A stretch of DNA of 64,000 nt. Source: Candidatus Bathyarchaeota archaeon (GTDB lineage: Archaea > Thermoproteota > Bathyarchaeia > Bathyarchaeales > Bathycorpusculaceae). Positions 11,110-22,148 of this stretch are shown piece by piece (within the stretch, counting starts at the first letter, position 1; each line of letters begins with the position of its first letter). Both the position numbers and the translations under genes were made by a program. Where the stretch lies: the NCBI GenBank assembly GCA_963772455.1, contig CAVYXJ010000021.1, positions 1 to 64,000 on the forward strand, read 5' to 3'. Under the pieces are notes generated by a model. It was not told where the DNA came from. It did not search any database and saw only the letters and a program-made list of their open reading frames with translations.

Positions 11110-11910
11110 ATGGGGCAGGATTTGAGCTTAGAAGAGTACCATTTGGAAACTTTAATCCAATTAGGATTAACACCAAATCAAAGTAGACTTTATTTAAGTT
11201 TACTATGCTTAGGTAAAGCTATTGGAAAGACTCTTTCCAGAGAAACCAATTTTGCTAGACAAGAAGTATATCGAATACTAGAGGAACTGCACGACCGCGG
11301 GCTAGTTGAAAAAATTTTAGCAAGACCAACAGAATACAGGGCAGTGAAAATTCAAGAAGCCATCTCCACACTAGTTTTAGAGAAAACAAAAGAACTTGAA
11401 CGAACCAAGGAACGGATTCAAAGTCTAATAGATGAATATTCACCGACAGCTGGCACATTAACACAAAACGAATACAAGTTTTTGTTGATTCCTCCTAAAA
11501 CATTGGTTCACGAGACAAGGGAAAAAATGCTTGAAAAAGCCAAAACAAACGTGCAGTTAATCACAACAAAAAAAAGATTTCTTCAGGGCGTTTCTCATTT
11601 CTTTGAAGCATACCAAAGTTTGTTGAAGAGAAATGTAGAAACTCAAATAATTGTCAACACCGCTGGAGAAACAAATAATCTCCAAAGTAGCAAACTCCAA
11701 CTTCTCAAAAAGTACCCAAATTTTTCGCTAAGGACAATAACCCAATCTAAAGCAAACATCTTAATTTTAGACAAAAGTGAAGCAATAATTACTTTACACC
11801 CAAAATTAGATTTGGGAGCATCACCTGTTTTATGGACAAACCACCCTGAATTCCTAATGATTTTTCAAGATTATTTTCAGGATCTTTGGAAAAAAACACC
11901 AAAGAGATAG
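11110..11910 (+). CDS. TrmB-family transcriptional regulator
   Basis: LGLT.NQSRLYLSLL..G....LS...ARQEVYRILEELHDRGLVE..RP..Y HTH, followed by a PLD-like effector domain (ILDKSEAII). Confidence 0.9.
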   Translation: MGQDLSLEEYHLETLIQLGLTPNQSRLYLSLLCLGKAIGKTLSRETNFARQEVYRILEELHDRGLVEKILARPTEYRAVKIQEAISTLVLEKTKELERTKERIQSLIDEYSPTAGTLTQNEYKFLLIPPKTLVHETREKMLEKAKTNVQLITTKKRFLQGVSHFFEAYQSLLKRNVETQIIVNTAGETNNLQSSKLQLLKKYPNFSLRTITQSKANILILDKSEAIITLHPKLDLGASPVLWTNHPEFLMIFQDYFQDLWKKTPKR

Positions 11911-12084
11911 AACTTTTAAATGAAATAAGCTTGCTGAAGTTCTGGGACAGTTTTAAAGAGAGAAATTATTCAAATTCGCAATATTCTATACATTAATATT
12001 AACTTAAATCCAAAAAACTTTTTGCTGGATTAATTTAAACAAAAAAAGAAAAAAGGAAAGATTGTTTTTGGTTTGGTTTGGTGC

Positions 12085-14862
12085 TTATTTCTTTCTAAGC
12101 ATCATGAGCACTAGTAAGACTAGTACTATGATGATTAAAACGAATATGCCTGCGATTGCTGGTACGAAGTACATGTCTGCTGCAGATTGAGGTGGTGTTT
12201 CTGTTGGTGCTGCTGTTGGATGTGCTGGATCAACTGCAAAGGCTGTCTCAGAATATGATGGCCAGTAGCCGTTTGAGCCATGGAAAGTTGCGATGACTGT
12301 GTATTTGCCTGCGATGTCTGGTGTCCATTGATAGCTGTACATTCCGCTTGCATCAGTTGTTGCACTGCCAATGTTGCGGTAGTTGCCATTTGCATCAACA
12401 ACATCTAAGGTTACTTCAACACCTTTGAAGTTGGTTGGTAATGGTTTTTGTTGGTATACGTAAGCCATCCACTCTGTCATTGCTGAGTCAGCTGCGACTG
12501 GTAAGCCGTTGGGGAATCTTGCTGCTTGTTCTTTTTGATTTGAGCCTGATGAAATGTCTGCTACTGTGCCGGTAATGACTATTGATCCTCCTTGTTGGAA
12601 GCCTGTTGCTGCTGCGCTAACTTTTGTAACTGTTGGGCCTCTGCCGACTGTGTAGATTGAGTTGTCGTAGCTGTTGAACCATGTTGCGTAGCCGTCTGCA
12701 ACTGCGAAGCTTTGGGTTGTGAATTCAGTTACGTATGAGGAAAGGGTCCAGATTTCTGCACCGGTGGTTGCATTGATTGCTCGTGTCACTGCTCCTTTGA
12801 AGATTGGCATTTCAACTGTGTGTTCAGATGTTACTACATAAACAACGTCGTTGCCAATAGCGTTCACGAAGGTTGGGAAATTGCCTGGTACTTGGAAGCC
12901 ACTGTTAGTGCTGTTGCCTACGCCGCCGTTGCCGTATGTCCAAAGTCTGTTACCGGTTGCTGTATCATAGCAATAGACTATGCCTGCATAAGCGCTGCTG
13001 TAGAGTTTGCCGTATGCGAATGTGTTTGCTAAGCTGCCTGAAGCTTGGCTGCCGTAGTAATCAAAGTCTGCTTGTGGTTCTGTTGTCCACAGTTTTGCTC
13101 CGTGTGTCCATGCTGTAACCGACAAATCTTTGGGTTTCTCTAAGATCTTCAACGAAGACTCTGTTAACTGGATCAATGCCTGCAATTAGAACTGTTATGT
13201 TGTTTGCTGGTGGATCATAGTTTTTCGTCCAAAGGACTTGACCATTGTGATTCTGGTTTTAAGCTGATTGCGGTATATGTGTATGGAACGAAGCTTAGTT
13301 GACCCATGAAGGTTGCACCTTGTGATGGAAGTGTCCCATTTTCGACAATCATTATGTCATCGTTGATAACGCCGACGATTACTGGTGTTTGTGTGCTTGG
13401 GACTGTATTACGCCATGCATTTGGAACGCTGAAGTCAAATTTGTTCTGTGGGTTGGTTGGATCATTGACGCTTCCGTTAACGATGTATGTGTTTGTGTAG
13501 AAGGCTGTGCTTGAAGGTGATGGTGGAACGGTCATAAGTGCCGCAGAGTTTATGGTTGCTGACGCGTTGATAATTGATGGTGAAAGTAAACTGCCGCCTG
13601 TGAATGGGTTGGTTCCGAAGTTCCAGAGTTTAGTTGAGTTCCATCTTGCTAAAACCCAGTTTGCTGGTTGTCCTGCAGCAGCTGTGTTCTGGAAAACGTA
13701 TCTGAGTTGCTCACCGCTTGGACCAAGGACTGTTGCCCAACCTGTTGCTGTTGGAACACCGGTGACGTTGAAGAGAGCGTTGCCTGTTTCTGCGTCAAAT
13801 AATCTGCCGAAGTTGGCTGTGGATAAGATAGCTGGGAAGACACCGTGTTGGTTAGGGTCTTCATGGTCCCAAATTAGGGCAAATGACATTTGTGGTAAGT
13901 CAGATCTTGACCAGATTAGTTCACCTGTGCGTAAGTCAACGCATTTTAGTGGTCCAGCATTTGATCCTGTGAATGAGATTGGTTCGTTATAGTATATTTT
14001 GCCGTTAATCACTATTGGGTTTTGGTATCTTTGGTTGTATGCAGATCCTTCAAAGTATGCGTTTCCCTGTATGTCAAAGTTGTTGCCTCCAACGATGCCG
14101 CCTGTTTGCATCATTTTTGTCCACATAACGTGGCTAGTGAGTGGTCCGACTGCGTCTCCCGGATAGAACATTGCACCGTTACCGCCAGCGTTAAAGGATG
14201 CTGTGAAGCCTCCGTAACCTGGTTGACCAGTACCTAACCAGTTAGAGGATATTGTCCACCAACCTGGGTTTTCACCGTAGATTGGTCGTGTCCAATATTC
14301 TTCTGGTAGTGGGTAGCTATCTGGGTAGGTGAGGATTGGATCTTCTTGTACGGTCAGGGTTGTGGTTGCCATGCTGGGCAGGTATGTGTCGTTAATCATG
14401 GTTGTGACTGGGCTATGTGGGAAAGCGTTGATTGCTTGTCCTGGGAAATTAAAGGTTAAGGTGTAAGTTCCTACAATGGTTGGTGTGAATGAGTAGGCTT
14501 GTGAAGAGGTTGTGTCTTGGATAGTTTCGAATGTTTGTGTTGTGTTTACACCATTGGGATCTGTGATAGTTAGTTTGTAGTTGTGGAATCTGTAGTTGTT
14601 GTTTACTGCTGCATAATTGATTGTTCCTGTTGGTTCACCGGCAGGGTAGTAGCCGAAAACTCTGTTGAGCCACATGTAAATGAGTGTTGATTGACCTAGA
14701 CCAATAGGGTTGGGCAAGGCAGTGATGTAAGCGTTTGTTGTTAACTCCTGTGCCGGTAGTATGTGCACTTGCTTTTGGCATGAATGATGTTGATGTTGCG
14801 ATTGAGACTGCTAAAAGTACAGCAATCATAATAGCTAAAGTTTTATTTTTCGAAAATTGCAT
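12085..14862 (-). CDS. PQQ-like beta-propeller protein (paralog 3), split by about 3 insertions
   Basis: Signal-peptide ORF 14635-14862, body 13215-14768 and C-terminus 12085-13185 join after frameshifts near 14760, 13245 and 13100. Confidence 0.88.
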
Positions 14863-15111
14863 TTCTTTTATTCTCCTTATTTTTATAACTCATACACAAA
14901 TGATAGGAGTATATTTAAGAATTACTGAAAAATCCTCAGTCAAATCACACAAAAACTCTTTTTTTCACCATTAAAAGCAACAAAATGAACCCAAAAGAGG
15001 CCTTACTTGGCTTTCAATTTTCCAGAAAACACTTTTTCTGCGATTGTCAATGAATAAGAGGTTTGCTAAAACTGACAACTCTCAGAAAAAAAGCTACTTC
15101 TTCTATACTAT

Positions 15112-15627
15112 CTATGGAATTTCAATTACCGCTTGGTCTAAAACAGAAGTACCAATTCTTAATGTTACATTAAGAGCATATCCACGTATCTTATAGGAAT
15201 CATCCATGTTATCTAGAGCAGCAACATGCAATACTTTTGCTTCCCCTGGCTGTAAAGGACTTAAGAACCATGGTTGCCCCATCTCAACGTATCCTTGGTC
15301 AGAGGGAGAAGTATTATTAAAGAATCTAATTGTTTTAGTCATATTGTAAGGGCTTTCACTGACAAAAGTCAAAGTCAAGTTATCTACTCTTTGTGTTTCA
15401 TTGTTTGTAATTTCAATAATAAAACCAGCATGCCAACTTAGGCCTTCTGCAGGAAAGAAATTAGTAAAGTGAAAATTAGTAATATGGACGTTAGTAATAG
15501 GTTTCATTGTAGGTGTAGGAGTCTGGATATTACTTGTTTGAGGATTGTTAATGAGTGATGATAAGATTAAAACAAAGATTAAGACAACTGCAATTGAAAT
15601 AAATACGGATAGTCTAATCTTATTCAT
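15112..15627 (-). CDS. Hypothetical N-terminally anchored exported protein (Ig-like)
   Basis: N-terminal TM, Thr/Pro linker, beta-rich domain with L.PGE motif. Confidence 0.7.
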   Translation of the reverse strand: MNKIRLSVFISIAVVLIFVLILSSLINNPQTSNIQTPTPTMKPITNVHITNFHFTNFFPAEGLSWHAGFIIEITNNETQRVDNLTLTFVSESPYNMTKTIRFFNNTSPSDQGYVEMGQPWFLSPLQPGEAKVLHVAALDNMDDSYKIRGYALNVTLRIGTSVLDQAVIEIP

Positions 15628-15697
15628 AATCTCAGCTTACCACTAAAGAATATGAGCCTTTTTGTCCACATTCCTATACTAAACCCTGATTTCCTTG

Positions 15698-16942
15698 TCA
15701 AACTTCCTTCACTAAGTTGTGTTTATGTTTTTCATAGTAGACTAACAAACTAGCAGCCACAATCACAACTACAATAACTATGGCAGCAACAGATTCAACT
15801 GGAAAAAAATCCATGTCATGGTTATTGGGGTTATTTGTTGTTGTTGGAATCACTGCTGGGTTTTCAGGAACACCAGGAGCATTGGAGTTAGGAGTAACAA
15901 GGAATGGCATATACTTCACTTCACCTAAAATAGAATCGTTCTTTCTGTCAAAAATTGACTGATTTATCAATTGCAGATCGGTTGTTCCCCACCAATTATT
16001 TCGTGCATCTAAATCCCTCAGATGCATATGTTCAATGTTGTATTGACTGTTATTTTGCAGATTATTCCCTGTAACTTGGAAAGGAAGATTAGAGGGGCCA
16101 CATTGAATACCAACTGAATTCTGAGCAATAGTGTTATTTCTGATATCAGCCATGCCCCAGAAATGTATTCCAACATTATTATTGAAAATTAAATTTCTTA
16201 TGATGCGCATATCATCAGCCTTTGCTCCTAGATCTGCTCTTATTCCAACTGAGCAATTACTAATTTGATTGTCTTCAATTGAGAACGAACTTATGCGTAG
16301 AAAACCATTTATTCCAATTGAATTATTTCCAAATATTTTATTTCCAACAATGTCTGCATGAATTCCCTGCACATAAATTGCGGAAAAACCGCTTTTTGAA
16401 GCTATTTCATTTTTTGTTATCGTTACAGGTCCACCTTTTGCATCAGCATGAACCCCGTCGGAAATCTTGTTATTAGAAATTATCGGTGAGCCACCCTTGA
16501 CAACTATTCGTGCATCGATAGAGTTATTCGCAATTAAGGGTGAACCAGAACTAATCGTAAATCCATCTATATCATTTAAGACAGCGTTTTCAATAATTGA
16601 ATCAAACCCATTTTGTTCACTTGAAAGGTAAATTGAGCCAGTGTTAAAGAAAATTTTTTCGTTGTCGCTTCCCTGAGCAACCAAGGATCCATTTACCAGA
16701 AGTGAATTCCCATTCAAATTAACAACAACACCAGGCTCTATAGTTAATTTTACACTTGTTTCAACTAGAGTTTGCTCAATCAAATTATATGGACTATTAG
16801 TCTTAGACCATATGGTATCAGACGATATTGTGCTTTCAACATTCGTTGAAGCTTTAGCTAAGCTGAATTCATAATTGACAAAAAATAAACTACCAACTAA
16901 AACAATGAGTGCTATGATTGCTGGCAATATTGTTTGCTTCAA
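15698..16942 (-). CDS. Secreted right-handed parallel beta-helix (pectin lyase-like/NosD-type) surface protein
   Basis: Signal peptide, W....SPY, repeated I.NN.I..N..GI units, ARNNWWG, C-terminal TM + basic tail. Confidence 0.85.
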   Translation of the reverse strand: MKQTILPAIIALIVLVGSLFFVNYEFSLAKASTNVESTISSDTIWSKTNSPYNLIEQTLVETSVKLTIEPGVVVNLNGNSLLVNGSLVAQGSDNEKIFFNTGSIYLSSEQNGFDSIIENAVLNDIDGFTISSGSPLIANNSIDARIVVKGGSPIISNNKISDGVHADAKGGPVTITKNEIASKSGFSAIYVQGIHADIVGNKIFGNNSIGINGFLRISSFSIEDNQISNCSVGIRADLGAKADDMRIIRNLIFNNNVGIHFWGMADIRNNTIAQNSVGIQCGPSNLPFQVTGNNLQNNSQYNIEHMHLRDLDARNNWWGTTDLQLINQSIFDRKNDSILGEVKYMPFLVTPNSNAPGVPENPAVIPTTTNNPNNHDMDFFPVESVAAIVIVVVIVAASLLVYYEKHKHNLVKEV

Positions 16943-17021
16943 TTTTATTTCATTAAGCTTTTGTTTGTGTAAGAAATAAAAGGGTATTCGTCAAGTTTTC
17001 TTTACTAATTCCAGAAAGGGC

Positions 17022-17043
17022 TTAGTCAAACTTTGTTGACTAA
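17022..17043. promoter_or_regulatory. Perfect inverted repeat TTAGTCAA-N6-TTGACTAA
   Basis: About 80 bp upstream of the beta-helix gene start. Confidence 0.45.
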
Positions 17044-17361
17044 TTTTATGGTGTCAAATTTTTCCTGAATAAATTGCTCTTCTATCAATTGTTTTTTTAG
17101 TCCTTGAGATTGGTATAATTATTAGTTAAAGTTTAAAAAATATTTTTTTTTCGTTTCTCGTACTTTTTTGGGTAGAAGAATTCGCTTAATCAAATAACGA
17201 AGAAACTTTAGAGTGGGGGAAAATAATATATTTGTTAGAAGAAGAAGAGAAAAAAATTTGCATTCTTCTACTCTACTAAAAATTTAATGCCTCTCTTGCT
17301 GCTGGGAATATTGAGGTTTTATAAAGTTAGCATTTGTCATAGTCGGTTAAATTTTTTTTTA

Positions 17362-17958
17362 TCATTTCCTCTTTTTCATTAGTACTGCAATAGAGAGTAT
17401 TGATAGGAATATAGGTAGAATTGGCAGCCAAAATAACTCGGGTATTGTGGGGGATGGATTGGTTGTAGGTAGGGGTGATGCAGTTGGAGTTGTTGTGGCT
17501 GAAGGTGTTGGAGTATTTGGTGGAGAGATAGTGAATTCAGCTTGCCAAGTGCCTGCCAGATATAACATTGAATAGTTAGTATAATAGTGACTGCCAAAAT
17601 TCACAAATACATACCATTTGCCACTGTAAGTAGGTACATCAAAGGTTATTGTTGCCTTGCCATTTGTGTCCGTTGAAATATTAGTGTATACCCAAGGACC
17701 ATTTGGACTTGATGCTCCAACGCCATTTGGAGACTTTAAATACACAATTAATTGAGTGTAGCCTTCGCCAGTTGGTGTAGCAGGGGACATCTGGATTGTT
17801 GCCGTTACTGGTTGTCCTTCAACAATATTATCTACAGATATGGTACAATATGTGGCAACTCGCTCACCTTGCGCTTTAGCAGGTTCAACCATTATCAAAG
17901 TTAGGATTATTAACATTACAACTAAGAGAAATGTGAGATATTTACCCATTCTATCCAT
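17362..17958 (-). CDS. Secreted Ig-like protein with PEF-CTERM-like sorting tail
   Basis: Signal peptide, P/T/S linker, IPEL + hydrophobic helix + KKRK. Confidence 0.75.
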   Translation of the reverse strand: MDRMGKYLTFLLVVMLIILTLIMVEPAKAQGERVATYCTISVDNIVEGQPVTATIQMSPATPTGEGYTQLIVYLKSPNGVGASSPNGPWVYTNISTDTNGKATITFDVPTYSGKWYVFVNFGSHYYTNYSMLYLAGTWQAEFTISPPNTPTPSATTTPTASPLPTTNPSPTIPELFWLPILPIFLSILSIAVLMKKRK

Positions 17959-18065
17959 ATTGGATTAATCAATCTGTTATGTTATAACATTTTACTTGTG
18001 AGAAGCTTACGCCATCTTTATAATTGCAAAAAAAGAAAGAAGGATTGGCAGATTTGCTTAATCTT

Positions 18066-18425
18066 CTAAATCCAGGGAGCTAATAAGCCAATTCCGATAA
18101 TGGCCAATATAATAGCAAGTAGTATTATCACAACTGCGAATATCACTACAGCAACGACAGCGATTATGAATGCTTTTATCCATCCGCAATCAAAGAAATG
18201 TTTAATCAGTGCCAGCCAAACTATTAATAATATTATAAATGCAATTAAGCTGCCGATAAATGCGCCAACAATTGTGTTTATGACTATTCCAAGAAAGGCT
18301 ATCCAAAGTGCATCAGTGAATTTTGCTTTATCTTTTCCCGCAATAAGTCTTCCAGAAATCCAAAGTGCTGGAGAAAGCAGTATTGTTCCTATGGCGATCT
18401 GGATTAATGTCCCAATTATGTCCAT
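18066..18425 (-). CDS. Small 4-TM membrane protein
   Basis: Hydrophobic 119-aa ORF with GGAGG ribosome-binding site; IKHFFDCGW.KA motif. Confidence 0.75.
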   Translation of the reverse strand: MDIIGTLIQIAIGTILLSPALWISGRLIAGKDKAKFTDALWIAFLGIVINTIVGAFIGSLIAFIILLIVWLALIKHFFDCGWIKAFIIAVVAVVIFAVVIILLAIILAIIGIGLLAPWI

Positions 18426-18688
18426 AATTCAACCTCCACATAAATTTGATTTAGCGCTGCTTTATAAACTTAGATATAACTGCAGATTTTAAGGGTACAA
18501 TTATTCTAACAAAATTAAATTCATGTTTTAAAAATTAGAGAGTTATTATTTATGAAGATGCATGAGGGTATAATCATTAACCATGAAAACCAGGAATTAT
18601 TGTTAATACTTCAACGGTGAATTCAACAGTTTTATAGGAAGAGACTTCAATTATACCTAAAATTAACTAAGTAATTGAAGTGAAATAA

Positions 18689-19222
18689 TTGATTATCCGA
18701 GAAACAACCCTCGCGGACCTTCAAGACATTATCTATGTTGAACAAGAAGCCTTCCGCCGAGACTCTGAACCTCAGTTAACCAAAGAAATGCTATCTGACC
18801 AGTCCGCACAACCAATCGTGTCGCTACTAGCATATATCGAAAATCAGCCAGTGGGACATATCCTCTTTACACATGGATACTTGATCAACAACCCAAAAGT
18901 TGAAGTTTCGTTTCTGGCGCCTCTGGCTGTAGTACCCAAATTTCAAAGACAAGGAATTGGGGGTAAACTAATCAAAAAAGGACTAGAAATTCTATCAAAA
19001 TCAGGAATAGACTTGGTATTCGTTGTTGGGCATCCGCATTATTATCCACGACACGGTTTTATGCCAGCATTAAGATTCGGTTTTGAACCAACCTATCCAA
19101 TTCCACAAGAAGTTGCTAACGCATGGATGGTGCAAGCTCTTCGCCCAAGCATAATTGGCTCGGTATTTGGCAAAGTGATTTGTTGTGACACGTTGAATAA
19201 ACCTGATGTCTGGAGAGAATAG
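18689..19222 (+). CDS. GNAT family N-acetyltransferase (YhbS-like)
   Basis: VGHILF, LAPLAVVPKFQRQGIGGKLI acetyl-CoA motif, VGHPHYYPRHGF. Confidence 0.93.
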   Translation: MIIRETTLADLQDIIYVEQEAFRRDSEPQLTKEMLSDQSAQPIVSLLAYIENQPVGHILFTHGYLINNPKVEVSFLAPLAVVPKFQRQGIGGKLIKKGLEILSKSGIDLVFVVGHPHYYPRHGFMPALRFGFEPTYPIPQEVANAWMVQALRPSIIGSVFGKVICCDTLNKPDVWRE

Positions 19223-19318
19223 AGCAAAAGAACTCCAATTAATTTCAAATTGTAATATCTAAATGTAATCACAAAGTTTCTTATTTATAGAATTACCCAG
19301 TTAGCACTTAGTGATTTT

Positions 19319-19504
19319 ATGCCTGAACCAAGTTTTGAATGGTATTGTGATAAATCTAAAAAATTTAGATTTAGACTAAAAGCCCCCAATGGAGAAATAA
19401 TTGCTGTTAGCGAAGCCTACAATTCCAAAGAAGCAGCTGTAAATGGAATTGAATCAATCAAGAAGAACGCACCAATAGCAAAAATAGTTGAAACCAAAGA
19501 ATAA
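19319..19504 (+). CDS. DUF1508/YegP family protein
   Basis: FRFRLKAPNGEIIAVSEAY.SK..A.NGIESIKKNA. Confidence 0.9.
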   Translation: MPEPSFEWYCDKSKKFRFRLKAPNGEIIAVSEAYNSKEAAVNGIESIKKNAPIAKIVETKE

Positions 19505-19558
19505 AAGAACAAAAAAACTTCCTTTTTTCTTTTAGGAAATAGTATGTGGATTAAAAAA

Positions 19559-19942
19559 TCATACGATAAGTTTCATTTTTGCTGATGGATGTGGAGCTAC
19601 TTGCATTTGGACATTATTGTAGGCTACCATATTCTTGCAGATTAGGTTAAGTGAATTTTCGGTAAAGCTTAGTACATCTTTTCCTTCATTGGTTAGGTTG
19701 TATACTTTTCTTGGCCTTTCTGAATCCATGTTCCATACGCTTTTTACGTAGCCTTTTTTCTCTAAAAGTCCCAATAGGGGGTAGACTGTACTTGGTCCAA
19801 AGTATACTCCAAATCCTTTGCGGATTTTAGTTATGAGCTGGTATCCGTGCATTGATTCTTGTTCTAGATATTGGAGAATAATCATATCTAAGAGGCCTTT
19901 GGTTAGTTTTGTTTGGGCTTCTTTTTGGTTGTTAGTGTTCAT
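19559..19942 (-). CDS. PadR-family transcriptional regulator
   Basis: KGLLDMIIL..L....MHGYQL, PSTVYPLL..LEKKGYV.S.W, RPRKVY.LT.EG; ATG at 19942 preceded by AGGAG. Confidence 0.93.
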   Translation of the reverse strand: MNTNNQKEAQTKLTKGLLDMIILQYLEQESMHGYQLITKIRKGFGVYFGPSTVYPLLGLLEKKGYVKSVWNMDSERPRKVYNLTNEGKDVLSFTENSLNLICKNMVAYNNVQMQVAPHPSAKMKLIV

Positions 19943-19981
19943 TTTTGTTTTTGCTCCTGTTGTTGTGTTGTTCAAATATGC

Positions 19982-20004
19982 AATGTGTCGTTTTAAGACA
20001 CATT
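19982..20004. promoter_or_regulatory. Perfect palindrome AATGTGTC-N7-GACACATT; probable PadR autoregulatory operator
   Basis: Sits between a TATA-like TTTAAG (minus strand, ~20035-20040) and the PadR start. Confidence 0.6.
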
Positions 20005-20219
20005 TCTTATGTCTTCATAGTGTCTAAAGTGCCACTTAAACCCTCGCACATAACCAAAGCATACAAAAAAACCCCATACAACATAACTGTCCAACACAAG
20101 AACATATCAATACATAAAATATATCATAAAAATCAATATTTCAACTACTCCCATCACCCAAAAGGAACTGTACAACAGATAAACAAAAAATGAGCTTATG
20201 AAAGAAAATGAAAAAACAA

Positions 20220-21141
20220 CTATGGACTAGAAGCGATATTAGTAAAAATTATGGAAGAATCCTTGGGATTGTTCTGGTAATCAAAAAGTCCAAAATTGTT
20301 TTCTTTTTCTTCGCTTGCATTTGTTTCATCTTTAAGTTCATACCAAAAAACAGGATAATTCAAACTAGCTAACATCTGGAAATTAGCAGAAAGATAAGAT
20401 GATTGATCTTGATTTGAATAATTAGGGCTAGGTGCAGATGGCCGCCCAATTTCAGTTATCCATACACCTTTTCCCATGATCTCGTTAGTTTTTCTTATAA
20501 TTTCATTGTTTATGGTTATATCATCGTATAAGTGAGCGCCTTGGAAGTCAAAGAATCTTTGAGGCGAAGTGGCATTGAAATCGGTTAGCCATTTTGTCCA
20601 GTTGATAACTTTCGGGTCGAGACTCGGAGATAGACCCGCCGCAACTACAGATGCATTAGAAACAGCCTTTATGGTTTGATAGGCAGGATTTCAACATATT
20701 AGTGTAATTTTGTGAAGAACCGTTCATGTATCCAAACTGGAATTGACCTGCGTTAGGTTCATTCCAGATTTCCCAAGCATCAACCTTCTTCGCAGCATCT
20801 GTAGCCATAATACTTTGAACAACTTCAGTCCATTGAGGAAGAGTGAAGTTCAAGTTAGGTGGAACAGTGTTATTCATAGTGTTATGGTCAAGTATTGCTA
20901 GGATTTTTATCCCATTTGCCTTCATAACGTTTACAAAGTTGTCCATTTGATTGGGGATCCAGTCGATTCTAACCCATTTAGAATTCAACTGATTTAGTTG
21001 GGTTGCTGTGAAATTATCAAATTGATAAAGATGAAGACAAACACCATACTCAGTTACTCCAGATGATGGTGAGGGCTGAGTTAACAAATATGCAACACCG
21101 GCACTTGAAGCCAAAATGAAAAGCAAGATTACTCCAATCAA
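20220..21141 (-). CDS. Membrane-anchored clan GH-A glycoside hydrolase (GH5/GH39-like); one frameshift near 20688
   Basis: WVRIDW, WEIWNEPN acid/base, VWITEIG nucleophile, FWY..D, NFGL; the intervening frame AYQTIKAVSNASVVAAGL..GAHLY links the two ORFs. Confidence 0.85.
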
Positions 21142-21269
21142 TTGTTTTCTTATACTCTCTCAACCAGTAAGAGATGATTATAAAACGAAGAAGAAAATAA
21201 GTTTTAACTATTTTTTAGACTCTAAATATTCACTTTAGCTCAATAATATTAGTGAAAATAAAAGTATCT

Positions 21270-21347
21270 TGGTGGGGCCGCCCGGATTTGAACCGGGGTC
21301 TATAGCGCCCGAGGCTACAAGCCTGGACCAAACTAGCCGACGGCCCC
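21270..21347 (-). tRNA. tRNA-Pro(CGG) with encoded CCA
   Basis: GGGGCCG...GTAGC-CT-CGG-GC-GCTAT...CCGGTTCAAATCCGG-GCGGCCCC-A-CCA cloverleaf. Confidence 0.95.
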
Positions 21348-21589
21348 TTCACATTTCCTTTGTAGCCGGTTTTGGTGGGTTCTTAAGTTAATGTCGACTT
21401 GGCTTTAAACTTTAGCGGTTAGCCCATGCAGTAGAATGGGTTACAAAGCGACAAACGATATGCTTTTGGAAAACTATTTTGTTGCTTTAAATAAAGAAAG
21501 ATTTCATCTGTTAGAGGTCAATGTTATTTTGACTTTAAACAAGGATGCTATAAATTAGCAGGAGCAATGGTTTGGCTCTGAAGCTGTTT

Positions 21590-22144
21590 TTAGAGTTTCT
21601 TGACGATAACCCGTCCATGAAATAACCGTGCAGCTACACACAACACCACTGCTGCGATTGCAAGCCAAAAAGGCAAAAGAAAACTTGCTAAAACCGACGC
21701 GCTAATACCAGCGCCCATCGTTAAACTTGTCGGTAAACTAAAGTTGGCTGTCCCTAATATGGGAATATTTAATCCGAATACTCCGGCAAGTGTTACCACT
21801 GCAATTAATCCAAAGAAGAAAAACAGTAAAACATACAGGGGTTTTTTGTACGAAAAACCAAGCAAGTGTTTAGAATAAGGTTTTGTTGGAATCAGCGAAT
21901 AGAGAAGCATTATTGATCCGCTGGCAACAAGCGTTAATATGGAAATAAGGTTTAAGGCAAAAATTAGCGGCATAGTAAACTGGGTTCCAAAAACCCCAAA
22001 GTTAGTATTGACTGGAGAAGCATTCACAACAATTAGGTCTTCACCGATTTTTAGTTGCCACCATGGCATAAAGAATGAAATGGCAACCACCATCAATGTG
22101 GTGACTCCAGCTGCAATCCCAAACCAGTTAATAACGCGGCTCAT
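21590..22144 (-). CDS. Hypothetical 4-TM membrane protein
   Basis: Hydrophobic ORF with PWW motif; start at MSRVINW directly follows the upstream gene. Confidence 0.75.
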   Translation of the reverse strand: MSRVINWFGIAAGVTTLMVVAISFFMPWWQLKIGEDLIVVNASPVNTNFGVFGTQFTMPLIFALNLISILTLVASGSIMLLYSLIPTKPYSKHLLGFSYKKPLYVLLFFFFGLIAVVTLAGVFGLNIPILGTANFSLPTSLTMGAGISASVLASFLLPFWLAIAAVVLCVAARLFHGRVIVKKL

Positions 22145-22148
22145 TAAT

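Noticed and set aside
12085-14862. Phase variation or programmed frameshifting in propeller genes 3 and 5
   Set aside because: Shifts are mostly not in simple-sequence repeats, and the same +1 pattern hits leuS and other housekeeping-type genes
5530-14974. Many 60-160 aa antisense or alternate-frame ORFs inside the propeller genes (also in tuf, apgM, leuS)
   Set aside because: Shadow ORFs fully overlapping well-supported genes, with no motifs
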